Positions 35,936 through 47,879 of a stretch of DNA of 64,000 nt are shown here, piece after piece. The notes under the pieces are model-generated. The model ran no database searches. It was not told the DNA's origin and saw only the letters and a list, made by a program, of their open reading frames with translations. The stretch's first letter is position 1. Each line of letters starts with the position of its first letter. Origin of the DNA: Squalus acanthias (lineage: Eukaryota); the NCBI GenBank assembly GCA_030390025.1, contig CM059432.1, positions 128,590,001 to 128,654,000 of the forward strand. The letters are read 5' to 3'. The position numbers and the translations under genes were made by a program.

Positions 35936-37528
35936 CACACCAATTCCGCCAGGTTTCACTAACGGCCGAGGCACTTGCCGGGACTTCCGTGATTTGTAGT
36001 TAAAATGGCCTTGGGTCCTAATTGTGTTTGATTTTAATATATTCAATCATCTGTGTCAAATCAAAAAACTGCAGCATTAAAATGGCAGCGGGCGGGAGTG
36101 CATCGGAAACCCAGCGGTAAGTGTGTGACCGCTATTTTAACCACCCGATGCCCAGTTCCCGTTGGGTGGACAAGGTTAAAATCGGGTCTTTGGCATCCTG
36201 GTGAGGGATGTCAACTCTGGTTGGGAGTATTCCTGGGGGTTTCATCACATGACCCCGCCCCACACTCCCACCATTGGTCCATCCTCCAGGTGATACTGCC
36301 TTCCCACGGCCAATTGGAAAGCGAGCACACTCTTTGTTAGCCAATTGGATTAATCTTGACTGTCAGTCAAACAGCCTTTTTTCCCATCTCCAATATTTTT
36401 ACAGCTAATAAGCGAAAATGTTCAAAGAAAATGAACAAAATCTATTTTTTTGTAATGCCCCCTACGATGTTTCTCCTGGGTTGCTCACAGCGGTGTCCTG
36501 AAGATTAGTCTTCAATTCCTGGAGACTCCAGGGCAATCCTGGAGGGTTGGCAACTCAAGTCCTGGTTGTAATGTAATAAAACAAAGTCTGTTCTTTTCCC
36601 AAGAGTGAAATTATGGAACCTTTCGTACACATTAGTTCAACAGAAGCCTCAGACTGAAGCACTCGTGCGTGCATATCTCCTCTCAGTCCTTCAAGCTGTA
36701 GTGGAGTGTGGATCTTTGACCGTGAGAGCACTCCAGGTCAACAAGAATGCATTTTCTTCACGTGCCTCCTTTTAGTGTTCAATATTGGAATTTCCTTTAC
36801 AGCAAGCACTCGGCCTCTGCTGAACTATCAGAAGCCACACATTTCAGCAGAGCCACCTACTAATGCTGCTGCAGGAGGTTTGAGAGCAGGTTGCCTGCGC
36901 AATCCATCAGCAGGGGAATAGTGTGTAGCTTGGCGAAACGTGAAAGGAAGGAATAAAAGAAAAAGAACTGCCTTTTTTTGAAGAAGTTTCTTGTGCTTTA
37001 TCAGGAGCTAGTATTTTGTTAGTACGCTGCCTTTAGAGATTCGTCCTGATATCTCGCTAGTTGACTGTGTGAATGTTTCAGGTCCTTCCTACCCTGTTCA
37101 AGCTAGCTGTTAAAACATTTTAGTTAAAGCCTCAGTGCGTTCCATTGGCCGTTGACCAGGGTTCCTGGTGACTTCAAATAATAAGCACTTTATGTAAATG
37201 TTATAACCTCTAAAGCTTTAGAAGAGTTGCCAAGTTAGGTAGAGCAAAGCAACCCCGGATTGAAATATTAGGCCACTTTGACCTGAGCTGACCCCAGACG
37301 AGACCTCTGAGCTAGATCTGATCACAACATTTGAGGAGCTGTGGTGCAGTGCAAATGAAAAGATGGCTCAACACCAGCCTTTTTCAAGTGTGTCATCCGG
37401 ACATGGTTGCTATTAATACAGACAGTTTGGAGTAAAATAATATTTGTGTTTTAAAAATGTTCTTAGAAAATTCTTTATCACACTAAAGACAAACTTAAAA
37501 TTGCTCATCGATATCAGAGCTCGCGCTA

Positions 37529-37750
37529 ATAACAACAGAAAACGCTGGAAAAACTCAGCAGGCGAGGCAGCATCCGTGGAGAGAGAAACAGAGTTAACGT
37601 TTCAGGTCGAAGACCTTTCATCAGAACCAGTTCTTCGACCTGAAACGTTAACTCTGTTTCTCTCTCCACGGATGCTGCCTCGCCTGCTGAGTTTTTCCAG
37701 CGTTTTCTGTTGTTATTTCGGATTTCCAGCATCTGCAGTATTTTGCTATC
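37529..37750. mobile_element. Palindromic Penelope-derived short insertion (inverted pLTR pair)
   Basis: 18-bp TSD ATATCAGAGCTCGCGCTA (37511-37528, 37751-37768); 86-bp inverted arms 37528-37613 and 37632-37717. Confidence 0.88.
37593..37627 (-). ncRNA. Minimal hammerhead ribozyme motif
   Basis: Minus strand GTT-CTGATGA-A-AGGTC-TTC-GACCT-GAAA-CG-TT-AAC. Confidence 0.7.
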
Positions 37751-38608
37751 ATATCAGAGCTCGCGCTACTTTGCACCAAGAATATGAATGGCTTTATCTG
37801 ACCAATAAAATTTGGTTCATGGACTTGTTTTACCTCACCAAAAATTCAGAAGATGGATTAATAAGGACATTTTGCATTTTTCGACTCCAAATTTGCTCTG
37901 CATCAGTGCAAAAGCAAATATCTCACAGGGAAATGAGGCGGTAGGGAGGGAACACCCACTCCTGCCTCATTACCGTAGCAGCAATGGGCCAGTTGCCCCG
38001 TGCAGGTACAGGCCCAGCTCTGGCTGCCCAGGGAAGCCCCCTGGGGCTACACAAAGAGGGGTGAAGACCCATTTCACCAGGACCCTGTCCTTTTTTCTGA
38101 CCTTTGCACTTTGGAAAATGGATGGTTCCCAGAGGTAAGGATCAGGGGGGGGGGGGGGGAAATCAGCCCTCATACATTCTGGTTAATTTTAGGTACTGTC
38201 ATACTTCACAATTCATAGAATTATAATCTAAAAAACAAGCAAAAGTGCAGTGACATTTGGAATTCAACAGACGAACCAGACCATCACTTCCCCAAAAGTT
38301 ACTTTAACAGTCACTCTCCTACATCCAAGCCTTCTGCCCTGTTCACAGAAGCATTCTACACCTTCTGGATTCAGTTCATAGAGACAATGGGGCCTAAGTT
38401 CATTAGCGCCCGAAACCGAGCATGGTCTGTGTGGCGTGCAACCAAGGCGTGCCAGAACGGAGAGGCCCGAAGTCCATCCTAAATTTTTCCTCGGGTAATT
38501 GTGGCAAGCTGCAGGCAACAGGGTGCTGCTTCCAACTTCTTTCTTCTTTCCTTCATTACCACCCATATCCACTTCCCTCTTACCGTATTGTCAAATCTTT
38601 CACCTTCC

Positions 38609-39870
38609 TGTAGGGGGTGGTGCGTGGGGTCAGCCTCACCTCTGACTCAGTGAGCTGTTCGAATCGCTCCCACGCCCCTGGTTCTAGACCTTGGACTTAT
38701 TTAGGGGTTGTGAATAAAGATGCAGTAGACAACAGGTTCTGATGAAAGAATTTTGACTTTATTAAAAGAAAAAGGTAACAAACTTAAAACACTCTTAATG
38801 CTTAAACACAGGTTGGGGAACACATTGGTACAAGCGAGGGAAATAACCTTAGAAGAATACTTCACCCCTCCCAATCCCACTTCACTAGTTAGGTTGGACT
38901 CTGGAGAACCAGGGATAATGCTCACCAAACGAATCCTTGACAGTTGAGAGTTAGGGTTTAGAGTCTTTTGAGTAAAAGGTTTCGTAAGGCCCTTGTTGCC
39001 GCGAGGTGTCCGATAGTCACTGAGGCAGTCGCTCTGGTTTCTTCTTGCGTGTTGGTCTGCTTGTGAAGTTGTTGGCCTTCTTTGTTGAACTTCTTGCTGT
39101 AACTCTGCCTCTGTTTAAACTGTCTTCTTCCGAGCTGTGGAACTGCCTTCTTGCAGAATTGTGGAAACTGCCTTCTGCCTGCTTGTCCTGAACTCTGTAA
39201 CTCCAGCACTGACTTCCGCTGAAAACAGGCTTTCAAATTGAATTCGAAAACTGCAGAACTGCCTTCTGTTGAACTTGAACTGTAACTGTTTGATGGGCCT
39301 TCAATTATACTAAATTGAAGTGGCCTTGTCAAAACCAAATCAAATCCTGGTCATTGTAAGACCTCGTTAACAGTAACGACTTTACTAAGTGTCAAATGGC
39401 TTGCGTCCTGTCGATCTCTTCGGTTGATTACAGGTGATTGGTTTCGTGTTTTAGGTTTCTAGGCTGGACTCGGGTTTTTCTATAGAATGTTCCTGAGCGA
39501 TTTGAATTATGCATGGTTTTGATGGGTCTGTGATAGGTTTTAATGGGGCCTGTGTTTTGAGTGGGGCTGCCTTCTCCCAAGGCCTATTGTCCAAATGTTA
39601 ATGCTTGCTGGGGCTTGAGTGAGGTCATCCCGATTCCCCAGACAATGCAATTTAACTGCAATACCCAAAACTGCTATTACAGAGGTCGAACCCATCTCCT
39701 GTGCAGCCTTTTCTCCCTTACAGGTCCAGACATGTTTTTAAAATGCCAAAACTTGGTTTTTGGTCTTAAATTCCTTATGTTAGGCCCAAATGCATTTTTA
39801 TCACGCTGGGGTAGTTCCAAAGTTCTTTTTCCTTAGGTTTTGGGGATCTGCAAATTTTGGAAACCTTACA
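38609..39870 (-). mobile_element. Solo LTR (ERV or Gypsy type)
   Basis: TGTAGG...CCTTACA termini; TTCC TSD (38605-38608, 39871-39874); minus-strand AATAAA at 38758-38763; internal degenerate repeats. Confidence 0.8.
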
Positions 39871-41027
39871 TTCCTTCTCCCCTTCATTGCCATTCATTTA
39901 CCCCCTTTCCTCTCAGCACTGCTCCTACCTGAATCCTGTTGTGAAGTAATTCCCATACTGTAGGTGGGAATTTCCACTTAGAGTATGCAGCTGCAGGAAT
40001 CAGGTAGGAGTGACATTGAGGGGAGAGGGTTTTTGTAGTGCTGGGCCCCAAAGACACTGACAACAGCATGAAAAGCTGAGAGTTAATCATGGATTAAAGG
40101 ACCTTTAAAATTGCTTGCTGGCAAAGCAAGACACGTGTACCGTTTACATGTAAAAATGAGGGGAGGATACTTGTGAAAACTGGCGTTTCAGTTACAATTG
40201 AAATTAAAATCTCTGGGAAGATGCAACCTTTCCACAATCAGTTCACTTCTGTTTAAACTGTATCTTCACAGCTCAAAGCGTTTTATCAACCACAAAGCAC
40301 GTAAAGATTGTGAAAAGCCTTTTTTTTATCAGGTGAAGCCAAGGAAGCTCATAACAGCTCCATGTGGGTCAAGTGATTTGAAGGCACTGAGCTTTCAGCA
40401 GCATCGCAGATAAACACAGCTGCACAGATAGCGATGCTTACATTACTGCGGTGAAGTCTTACATGAACTGTGTATGTGAACTGTGTGGAGCAAAGCTGCT
40501 AAATGAAAATCGATAGAAGTATCATTTTTTTTTGGAAAGGAAACCAAAGCCTCAAGACGTTTGAGAGTTTTTCATGGTTCTAATCACAGCAGATTTTTTT
40601 TTAACAGCCAACATGTTTTATAGATTTAAGAATCAGCACAGAAGCATTTATACGCCAGCTACCAGTCTGAGACCGGCAGTCGCTATATCAGTTCCAGCCA
40701 GGCGGGACCTCGGTTATGCTGCCTGGCTCTGATTGAAATTCTCTTCTTGAGAACATCCGCACTCGCTAAGTGTTTCGCTCAACTCCAGATAGGTTTAAGA
40801 ACTGTTCCGGAGATCCAATGGTAACCCCGAGCATTAGTTAAACCAGGTTTGACGCCACAACAGAGTTATACTGCATGAGGTGTCAAACCCAAACGCCGTG
40901 AGACTACTTCCTCCAAGAGGTCTCGTACCTCTCTGTTCCGGAGTAGGGTCAGGACCAGATCCCAGAGTTATACCGCAGCAGAAACTGCTTCAAAGGATGC
41001 TAAATCTGTAGCGTAAAAGTACCCAAA

Positions 41028-41157
41028 GGAGGTAATTTTAAGTGAGAACTGGGCGAGTTCGGATCTGACCCCTGTTTTACACCTCACCCAATTTTAACTT
41101 CAATGGAGCATAAAATTTGGCCGGATTTAAAGGGCGGAATAGGTTAAAATTGCTCCC
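41028..41157. mobile_element. Short degraded MITE
   Basis: GGAGGTAATTTTAA / TTAAAATTGCTCCC inverted ends. Confidence 0.5.
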
Positions 41158-41959
41158 TGGGTAATGGTAATAGAAATATGTTGTAGAAGCCCAGTTATCT
41201 TACCCAATGTATCTAAAACTTTGTTATTAAGGGTGCTGTGCCAGTAAAGGAAGTCGGTGTGGAGCCTGTTTAATACGAAAGTGAAGAATTTTGTTATAAT
41301 AAAATGTTAATTGCTGTTTTTAAGTCACCTATAGCAATACAGGTAAAATGAACTATAACCAAATGAATGATGAAAGGTGATTAAGACTGTTGGGAGTTAT
41401 GATAACAAATAGAATCTGCGATGATAAAATGAGATACATTACATTAAAATGTTTCAAAATTCTACGGTGTTATATCAAATTGTGGATGTTTGAGTGAGAG
41501 ATGAGGCTGTAAATTAATTGAGAAGATCAAATATCATAAACTATGAGAAAAATACTCAGGTGGTGAAGGACACCATCTTCTTGTCTCTGAGATTAAATGA
41601 CATCTATTTGTTCTTATCAGGAAATTGGTCCTATTGAAATGACCGGAGCAAAGTTGAGGGGGAGAAATTCCTTTTATTTAATGAAGAATAGAAGAATATT
41701 TTTCTCCGTAATTTACTTACTGCTAATGAAATCGCAGGAATTCACAACTTTGAAAGGTGTGATTTCAGACAATGCAATTGTATTAATGAGTCATTAATTA
41801 CAAATAAAAACAGGCATTCTGCCATATTTTATGTTCAAAGATGAATTGAACCCTTGTTCTATATTGGAATTAGCTCTTACCATGTCGCTTTATAATCATA
41901 CAATGATGCTGCTCAGTAGAACATTGATGAGTAATGGTAATAGAAATATGTTGTAACAA

Positions 41960-42132
41960 TCCTCTGCATAAGAATAATCTCCAAACCACTCCCTTTCTTC
42001 CTTAGCTGATGATCTTAAATTTATGCCCTCCAATTACTAACTAGTTATTCCCTATTCTCCTTAACAGCCCCCCTCATAATTTTGAATGACTTACCTGATC
42101 TCCTCAATATTTTCTGTTCCAGTGAAAGGAGA
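41960..42132 (-). mobile_element. Old CR1 fragment
   Basis: CTTAAATTTATGCCCTC...CCCTCATAATTTTGAA...GATCTCCTCAA resembles 3499-3630. Confidence 0.55.
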
Positions 42133-42135
42133 CTT

Positions 42136-43620
42136 GGGGCTGGATTTTGCGGGGGGTCAGCGGGCGCAATCGGTGGCGGGTCGGGTGGGAAAGTGTTTTT
42201 TTCCCCGGCGGGTCGGGACCCCGCTGTGAACCCGCCGCCACACGCCTTTACCAAATGTCGGGTCTGTCAGTGCTGAGCAGACCCAACACACAGCGGCGGG
42301 GGAGGCAATTAAAATAATTAGTGGCTTGTTTACAGCCACTTATCAATGGCTTTTTCCCAGCTTTTTGGATTTGACAGGTCGCCCACTGGTTTTCTGCTGT
42401 GCCTAGACCTCGTCTGTGAAGCTGAGGTGGGAGGTCACTTGCCATTGTTTCAGCTGATGAGTTGACAGCTGCAAATGTCAAGTCAAAGCTCCCAGTTGAT
42501 TGAGATATGTTCCCTTAACCACTAGCTTCTCTAAACTGCATTTCCACTACAGATTCAGGATGCTGCAAGTCTTTACACAAGTCTCCATCCAGTCTGACTT
42601 CATTACCTCTCGCATCATTGACAGATTGCTTCTGTCATCTCTACTTCACCTGCCATCTATTCCATCAGCATGGGTGCCCTTGAAACTATCTCACCTTGGT
42701 CCTCAGAATCTCACCACGATCAGCCCCAACACCAGCATCATCAGGCACACCAGCAGCACCAACAACACCAACCTTTTCCACAATCAACTGATGCTGCACA
42801 GGACACGGGGCATCAGCACCCGACCACATTGCTGCCCAGGAGGCCAGGGATGGCCTCACCATAACCAGATTTGCGTCACTTGACGCTGTACACCCTGGCT
42901 GCCACATGATGCACCAGGTTGGCACCACCCCACACCAACACCATAAAGCATACCTACAATGCCCAAGCCATTCCTTTCACACTCATCACAATTGCGGGGG
43001 GTACCGTTATGTATCACCATTCACTGCAACTCACTAAGCCACTTCCAAAGTCACACACAAATCTGTACAAAAACACAAAGTGTTGAAAATAAAGGTTTCA
43101 ATGTTTGACAGCACATTAACAGAAACTTTACATGAACATTGCATAAAACACCCAAGTGCTTACCCTTGTGTGTTGTTAGTTGGTATGATTGCACTAGGAT
43201 AAGGGTGAGTGTGAGGGGTGGCTTGTGAGATGGGGAAGTGATAATGTAGATAGAGAGGGTTTGGGTGGAGGTGCAAGGTAAGTTGGTGTGAGTAAGGATG
43301 TGCAGGAGTAGGGTAAGGAAGGCAGAGTGATGGGAATGTGATGAGACACACAGCAGGATAAGGTTGAGTGTGGCTTTGTACTAACGTTGCGTGATCTACT
43401 GAGATCATTGAAACGTTTGTGGCACTGCACCCAGGTCCTCCTGACCACATCCCTGCTTGTGCCCTCCTCTGCAATGTGCAACCAGGCTGTGATGATTTTC
43501 TGGGATGTCTCTTCCACCTATAGGAAGGGAAGATGACCTCCTTGTGTGCTGTGACTCCCTCCATAAGCATATGGAGGGAGTCATGGGAGAGCCTGGGTGC
43601 AGCCCTGCACCTCTGTATAT
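42136..43620. mobile_element. Internally deleted relative of Harbinger B
   Basis: Left end GGGGCTGGATTTTGC; colinear with ~23590-24232, ~25245-25586 and ~26998-27440; retains Myb exon 1 (AWLHIAEE...RRTWVQCHKRFNDL). Confidence 0.85.
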
Positions 43621-44292
43621 TTCTAGTGTGATATATTTACCCAAGTGACATTGACCAGATAAAACCAGTTGCAAAAGTATGACCAACTGGTTTGTATAAT
43701 ATTGTACATAGTGCACTTTATTTATACATTTGGGCAATACATTATTTATCCATTGATAAATAGCAGCACCTGTATAGTATACATTTTGCTCTAGTATAAT
43801 GATTAAAAGTTGTGATGTGTCCATTTGATTCCATGGAGGTGGAGTGATACCTGATACAATAGAATGATAAGGCTTAACCTATGGCTCACTGATCATGCAT
43901 CGCTCTGGCGTATTGCCAAAGATTCTTTGTGGCCCAATGAGTCATAGTGCGAAACCGGTGTTATCACACAAGCCACCGGCTCCGATTTCATTGCATAATC
44001 CCTGTTACACTAAACTATATAATAATTATTAACATTACGTTGCTCCCAAGAGGCATTCCAGTACCCACTATTTGTGTAATAGGTTGCACATTGACATAGT
44101 AACTAACCATTCCAGTTAATATGATCAATATTTTGTGATTTTTCTCATTGACGCAGTTTGATAAATATTTGTGCTCATGATCATTCCAATCATTCAATCA
44201 AACACTGGGGATCAGCCACCAGTTATACATTCTACCTGATTTTCCTTTCCACTGAAGTCATCATAAAGGAAAATCGGGCGGAGTGTATTAAA

Positions 44293-44571
44293 CATAGAAA
44301 CATAGAAACATAGAAACTAGGAGCAGGAGTAGGCCATTCGGCCCGTCGAGCCTGCTCCACCATTCAATACGATCATGGCTGATCATCCAAATCCAGTACC
44401 CTGTCCCTGCTTTCTCACACAGAATCCCCATCGAACCTGCACCGACACATATTCCACCCTATCCCCATAACCCCACGTATTTAATTCCCCCTAACATATC
44501 CCATCCTATCCCCGTAACCCCACATATTTAATCCCCCCCTAACACTAAGGGTCAATTTATCATAGCCAAAC
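44293..44571 (-). mobile_element. HE1-type SINE 3' part, apparently inserted in a small MITE remnant (44205-44630)
   Basis: Near-identical to 1200-1445; CATAGAAA tail repeats. Confidence 0.85.
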
Positions 44572-46776
44572 GGGAGGCTGATCCGCTACCGCCAGTTTTC
44601 CAGCTCCGTCAAAGTTTAAACCTCAGCCCATTGTCTCGTGAAACGTACCAGGCTATAGTAGTGGGTGAAGGCTTAATGCGTTCGTATAAAATTCATTGAT
44701 CCACTATTTTAACAGAGTTAACATCTCCATTAAAATAGCAGACAGAGAAATGCTATGTATACGTGTTAACCATTCGTCTGCTATTATTGCCAACAGTAAT
44801 TTCTAGACTATAATCCCAAAGTCTTAGAAACTATTTTAAACACTTTCACATGTCCCGTGAGCAGAGATTGACTGTGTAGCTCTCTCACACGAGGTTTCTG
44901 GTGAAATGTCATTCCAGGAAATGCCTTGGCCCTGCCATCTTCAGCACATGTGTGAAAGCAATTGCGAGCTCCAGGAAAAAACTCTGCAGCGTACAGCTGG
45001 AACGTGTTACATCACTGAATGTGAAACTCGGAGCAGCCGCCACTTCATGTGGAGTTAACACATTTGCTTCGAGCTCCCTTAACCCCTGGCCCTCAGCGCT
45101 GACCCTGTGCTGAACTCAGCCTGACTGTCCAAGGACACAGTACTGTTCGAGCACTCTGCGTCAACATGAGACATTCCCACAGCTGCACAGCAGAGGCATG
45201 AAATTGCATAATCTTTCCAAGATAGTACTATTTGACCATACAAGGCCACTGATGTGGTTACATCGTTAATGTTTTTAAAGGAGCCGCTTGAAGTCACAGG
45301 AACTCTTTTATCTTGAGTTGCAGTGGCACTTGTCCGAGGATCAATTGCGCCAGGCTCATATTGAGTTGCTAGTCTGAGGTCAGGGGCATATACACTGGAG
45401 ACACATGCGGCAGGACTGCTGGAAAAGGGTTGGGGGTGGAGAGTGGTGAGAAATGTAGCAGAGCCTGGGATACAGGAGATCTGGCATGTAAGACTTGTAC
45501 CCCCTCAAGGTTCCCTCTGACACGGTATTATTTTTTCTTCGTGCCCACCTGGCCGCAAGGGAAGATGTCTTCTGTCAACATCTTTCCCATCCTTTTGGCT
45601 TGCATTCAGAATGGTTATTTCATCCCTGGGTAATTTTCAAGCTCTGAACAGGCGCCCAAGACACCAGCAGGTATAGATTCCATAGTAATGAAGGATGACC
45701 TGCTGTCATGAGTTTTAAATAAGCAAATATAATAGCATACCAGACTCCCCGCCACTCCTCCTAGGGTTCATCATGGTAGATGTACCTCCTCTGCTGACGT
45801 CTGCTGATCTGCCATAGTGTGCTACTTTTTCCTTTAAACCCTCCTTCAGGCCCTCACACCGTTGTCTGGTTTCTAACAACAGAGTTGTTTACTTGGGTGT
45901 CCCAGTTGAAGTTCGATCAGATCCTCCATCCAATTTTCTAGAACTGTGTCCCTGCAGTAACCAGAGGTCCATGTGATCTCAGAAATGTGCATTCCCTGCA
46001 TGACAACATTAGTATTTTAATTGTTGTACTAATGATCTATTGTGTTGCACTACTATGTCTTGTTTGTAACTTTACAAGTTCTTGCTGTAAATGGGAAATT
46101 AGACCTTAATATTGTGAATGTTGAGGGCTTTTTTGAACTCTGCAGTAGCAAAAGTAAAAATTAACAAATTTGAACGAGTACAGTGCCAGACTTGATATCC
46201 AGACAGAATGTCCTATATGCGTTATTGTGTGGCATTCTTTAATACTTACTGACCTGCTGAACTATCAGTGCAAGTTTAGTGCTTATCACATTAGTAGTGT
46301 TCAGTAAAAATCCCCCACTGTAAACTACATTTGTGGAAACCTTGTGGAAAGACACTAAACATTAGTGACGGGAGGTCATCATCTCAGAGTTTTCCTGGCA
46401 CCTTCTGTGGAATTCCAATGCATCAGAACATGGAATAGCAGACAGAGCACAGAGGAGCAGCACAGGACGTTTTTCATATTGATCTACAGTGGAATTTGAT
46501 TATGATTTAAACAGGTTCCCAAATGATCACTATAACTGAATGATCATTACATCTAAAGGTGGCCATTTGAGCAAAGCACCCGGGATTTAAACTGCTAGCT
46601 GCAGCACAGCTCAAACTGCTGGTACACCATCAATGGTGCTGTCCCATGAAAAAGGTCAACTTCATTTAATTAAAGTCCTCTGATGGAATATTAAAGAGTA
46701 TGTTCTGGGCAGAATGGTTGAAAGTTAAATTCAATACTGCTTGCTCTCAATGCTGCTTGGCTGTTTAAAATACCAA

Positions 46777-47536
46777 GGGGGAGAAATTCGGCATGTTAGC
46801 GTCCCCAGTTAGCGCCTGGTGGGGGCACTCAGGCAGTAGCGCCGTGGTGGGGCGAATCCCACGCCGCACGGTAAATTCTCTGGCCCCGTGGCGCCGGTGA
46901 TAACAGTTAGTGCCTCGGTCCCTTTCGCCATGCAGATCGTGACATCAGTGAGTGTGCAACGCTCACTGGGCACCCAATCTACAAACTTCAGTAGCGCCCC
47001 CTGCCTTACCGCCTCACACCGAAAGCACCAGGGAGCGGAGGCGTGAACCAGCCAGCTGGTGGCTGGTGGGGTGCTACTTAAAGGGATGTGCCCCAGCTGT
47101 CAAGGTACTTCCGTTCCAAAGGTCAGTTATGAGTGGCAGAGAGCACAGGATGTATTTGCAGCCAAGTAAAGGCTGCTTAGTCCCCGGAGTGTTGCGGGTC
47201 GTCAAAGCACTTTGCATTTCATCCCACAGCATATCGCCGTTCTGCACTCCCGGAATCATTGGGGGCTGATGTGCAGACTCCAGTGACCCTCCCCTTTTAT
47301 GGCTGGAAGACGCCTTCGCTAATGCTCACTCCCGATTACACAACACTCATATTCCTTATCGCTTGGAGCCTAACACCACTCACCTGCGCCATTAGCGCCT
47401 GATTTAGCACTCCCCTGCATTCTTTGAACGCTGAGACTGAATTTAGCGGGCAGCGAGATTGATTAGCGCCTGGCACTAAACTTCCAACTTCTCAAAAGTT
47501 AGCGCCCCTTCCTGGGCACTAGTGAATTTCTAGCCC
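46777..47536. mobile_element. GC-rich Harbinger-type MITE, older
   Basis: GGGGGAGAAATTC / GAATTTCTAGCCC; repeated TTAGCGCC; TSD not preserved. Confidence 0.7.
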
Positions 47537-47879
47537 TTAGAGCAATGCTGACAACAGGCAGTCCTGTTACACTTGAATTTAACTTTTAGGTATTCTTTCT
47601 TCTTCTGCTTTTTCCTAACATACACTAATGATTAGAACTAACGTTCTGATCAGTATAACCAATGGATTTTGACGTCTGAGATTATATCGGACTGATCAGT
47701 CGAAGGCACTACTCTCAGAGAGTTTCTGATTGATTTAAACAATGCAGTCTTCATAATAATACTTTGAGACGCAGACCTTCTACTGTGGGGCTGAGCGGGA
47801 GGCCAGTAGAATGGTTCCCTAAGAGGTTTCTGCCTCCGTTTATTTGAGTTACATCGGGAAGAGGAGAGTGGCAGCATAA

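Noticed and set aside
36300..36558. hAT/Tip100-like terminus (GGAGGGTTGGCAAC)
   Set aside because: Only one end is visible; no TSD or partner TIR
37444..37944. ORFs giving the same peptide on both strands
   Set aside because: Artefact of the palindromic insertion
44650..44790. Degenerate palindrome centred near 44720
   Set aside because: Arms too diverged to define; probably an old MITE
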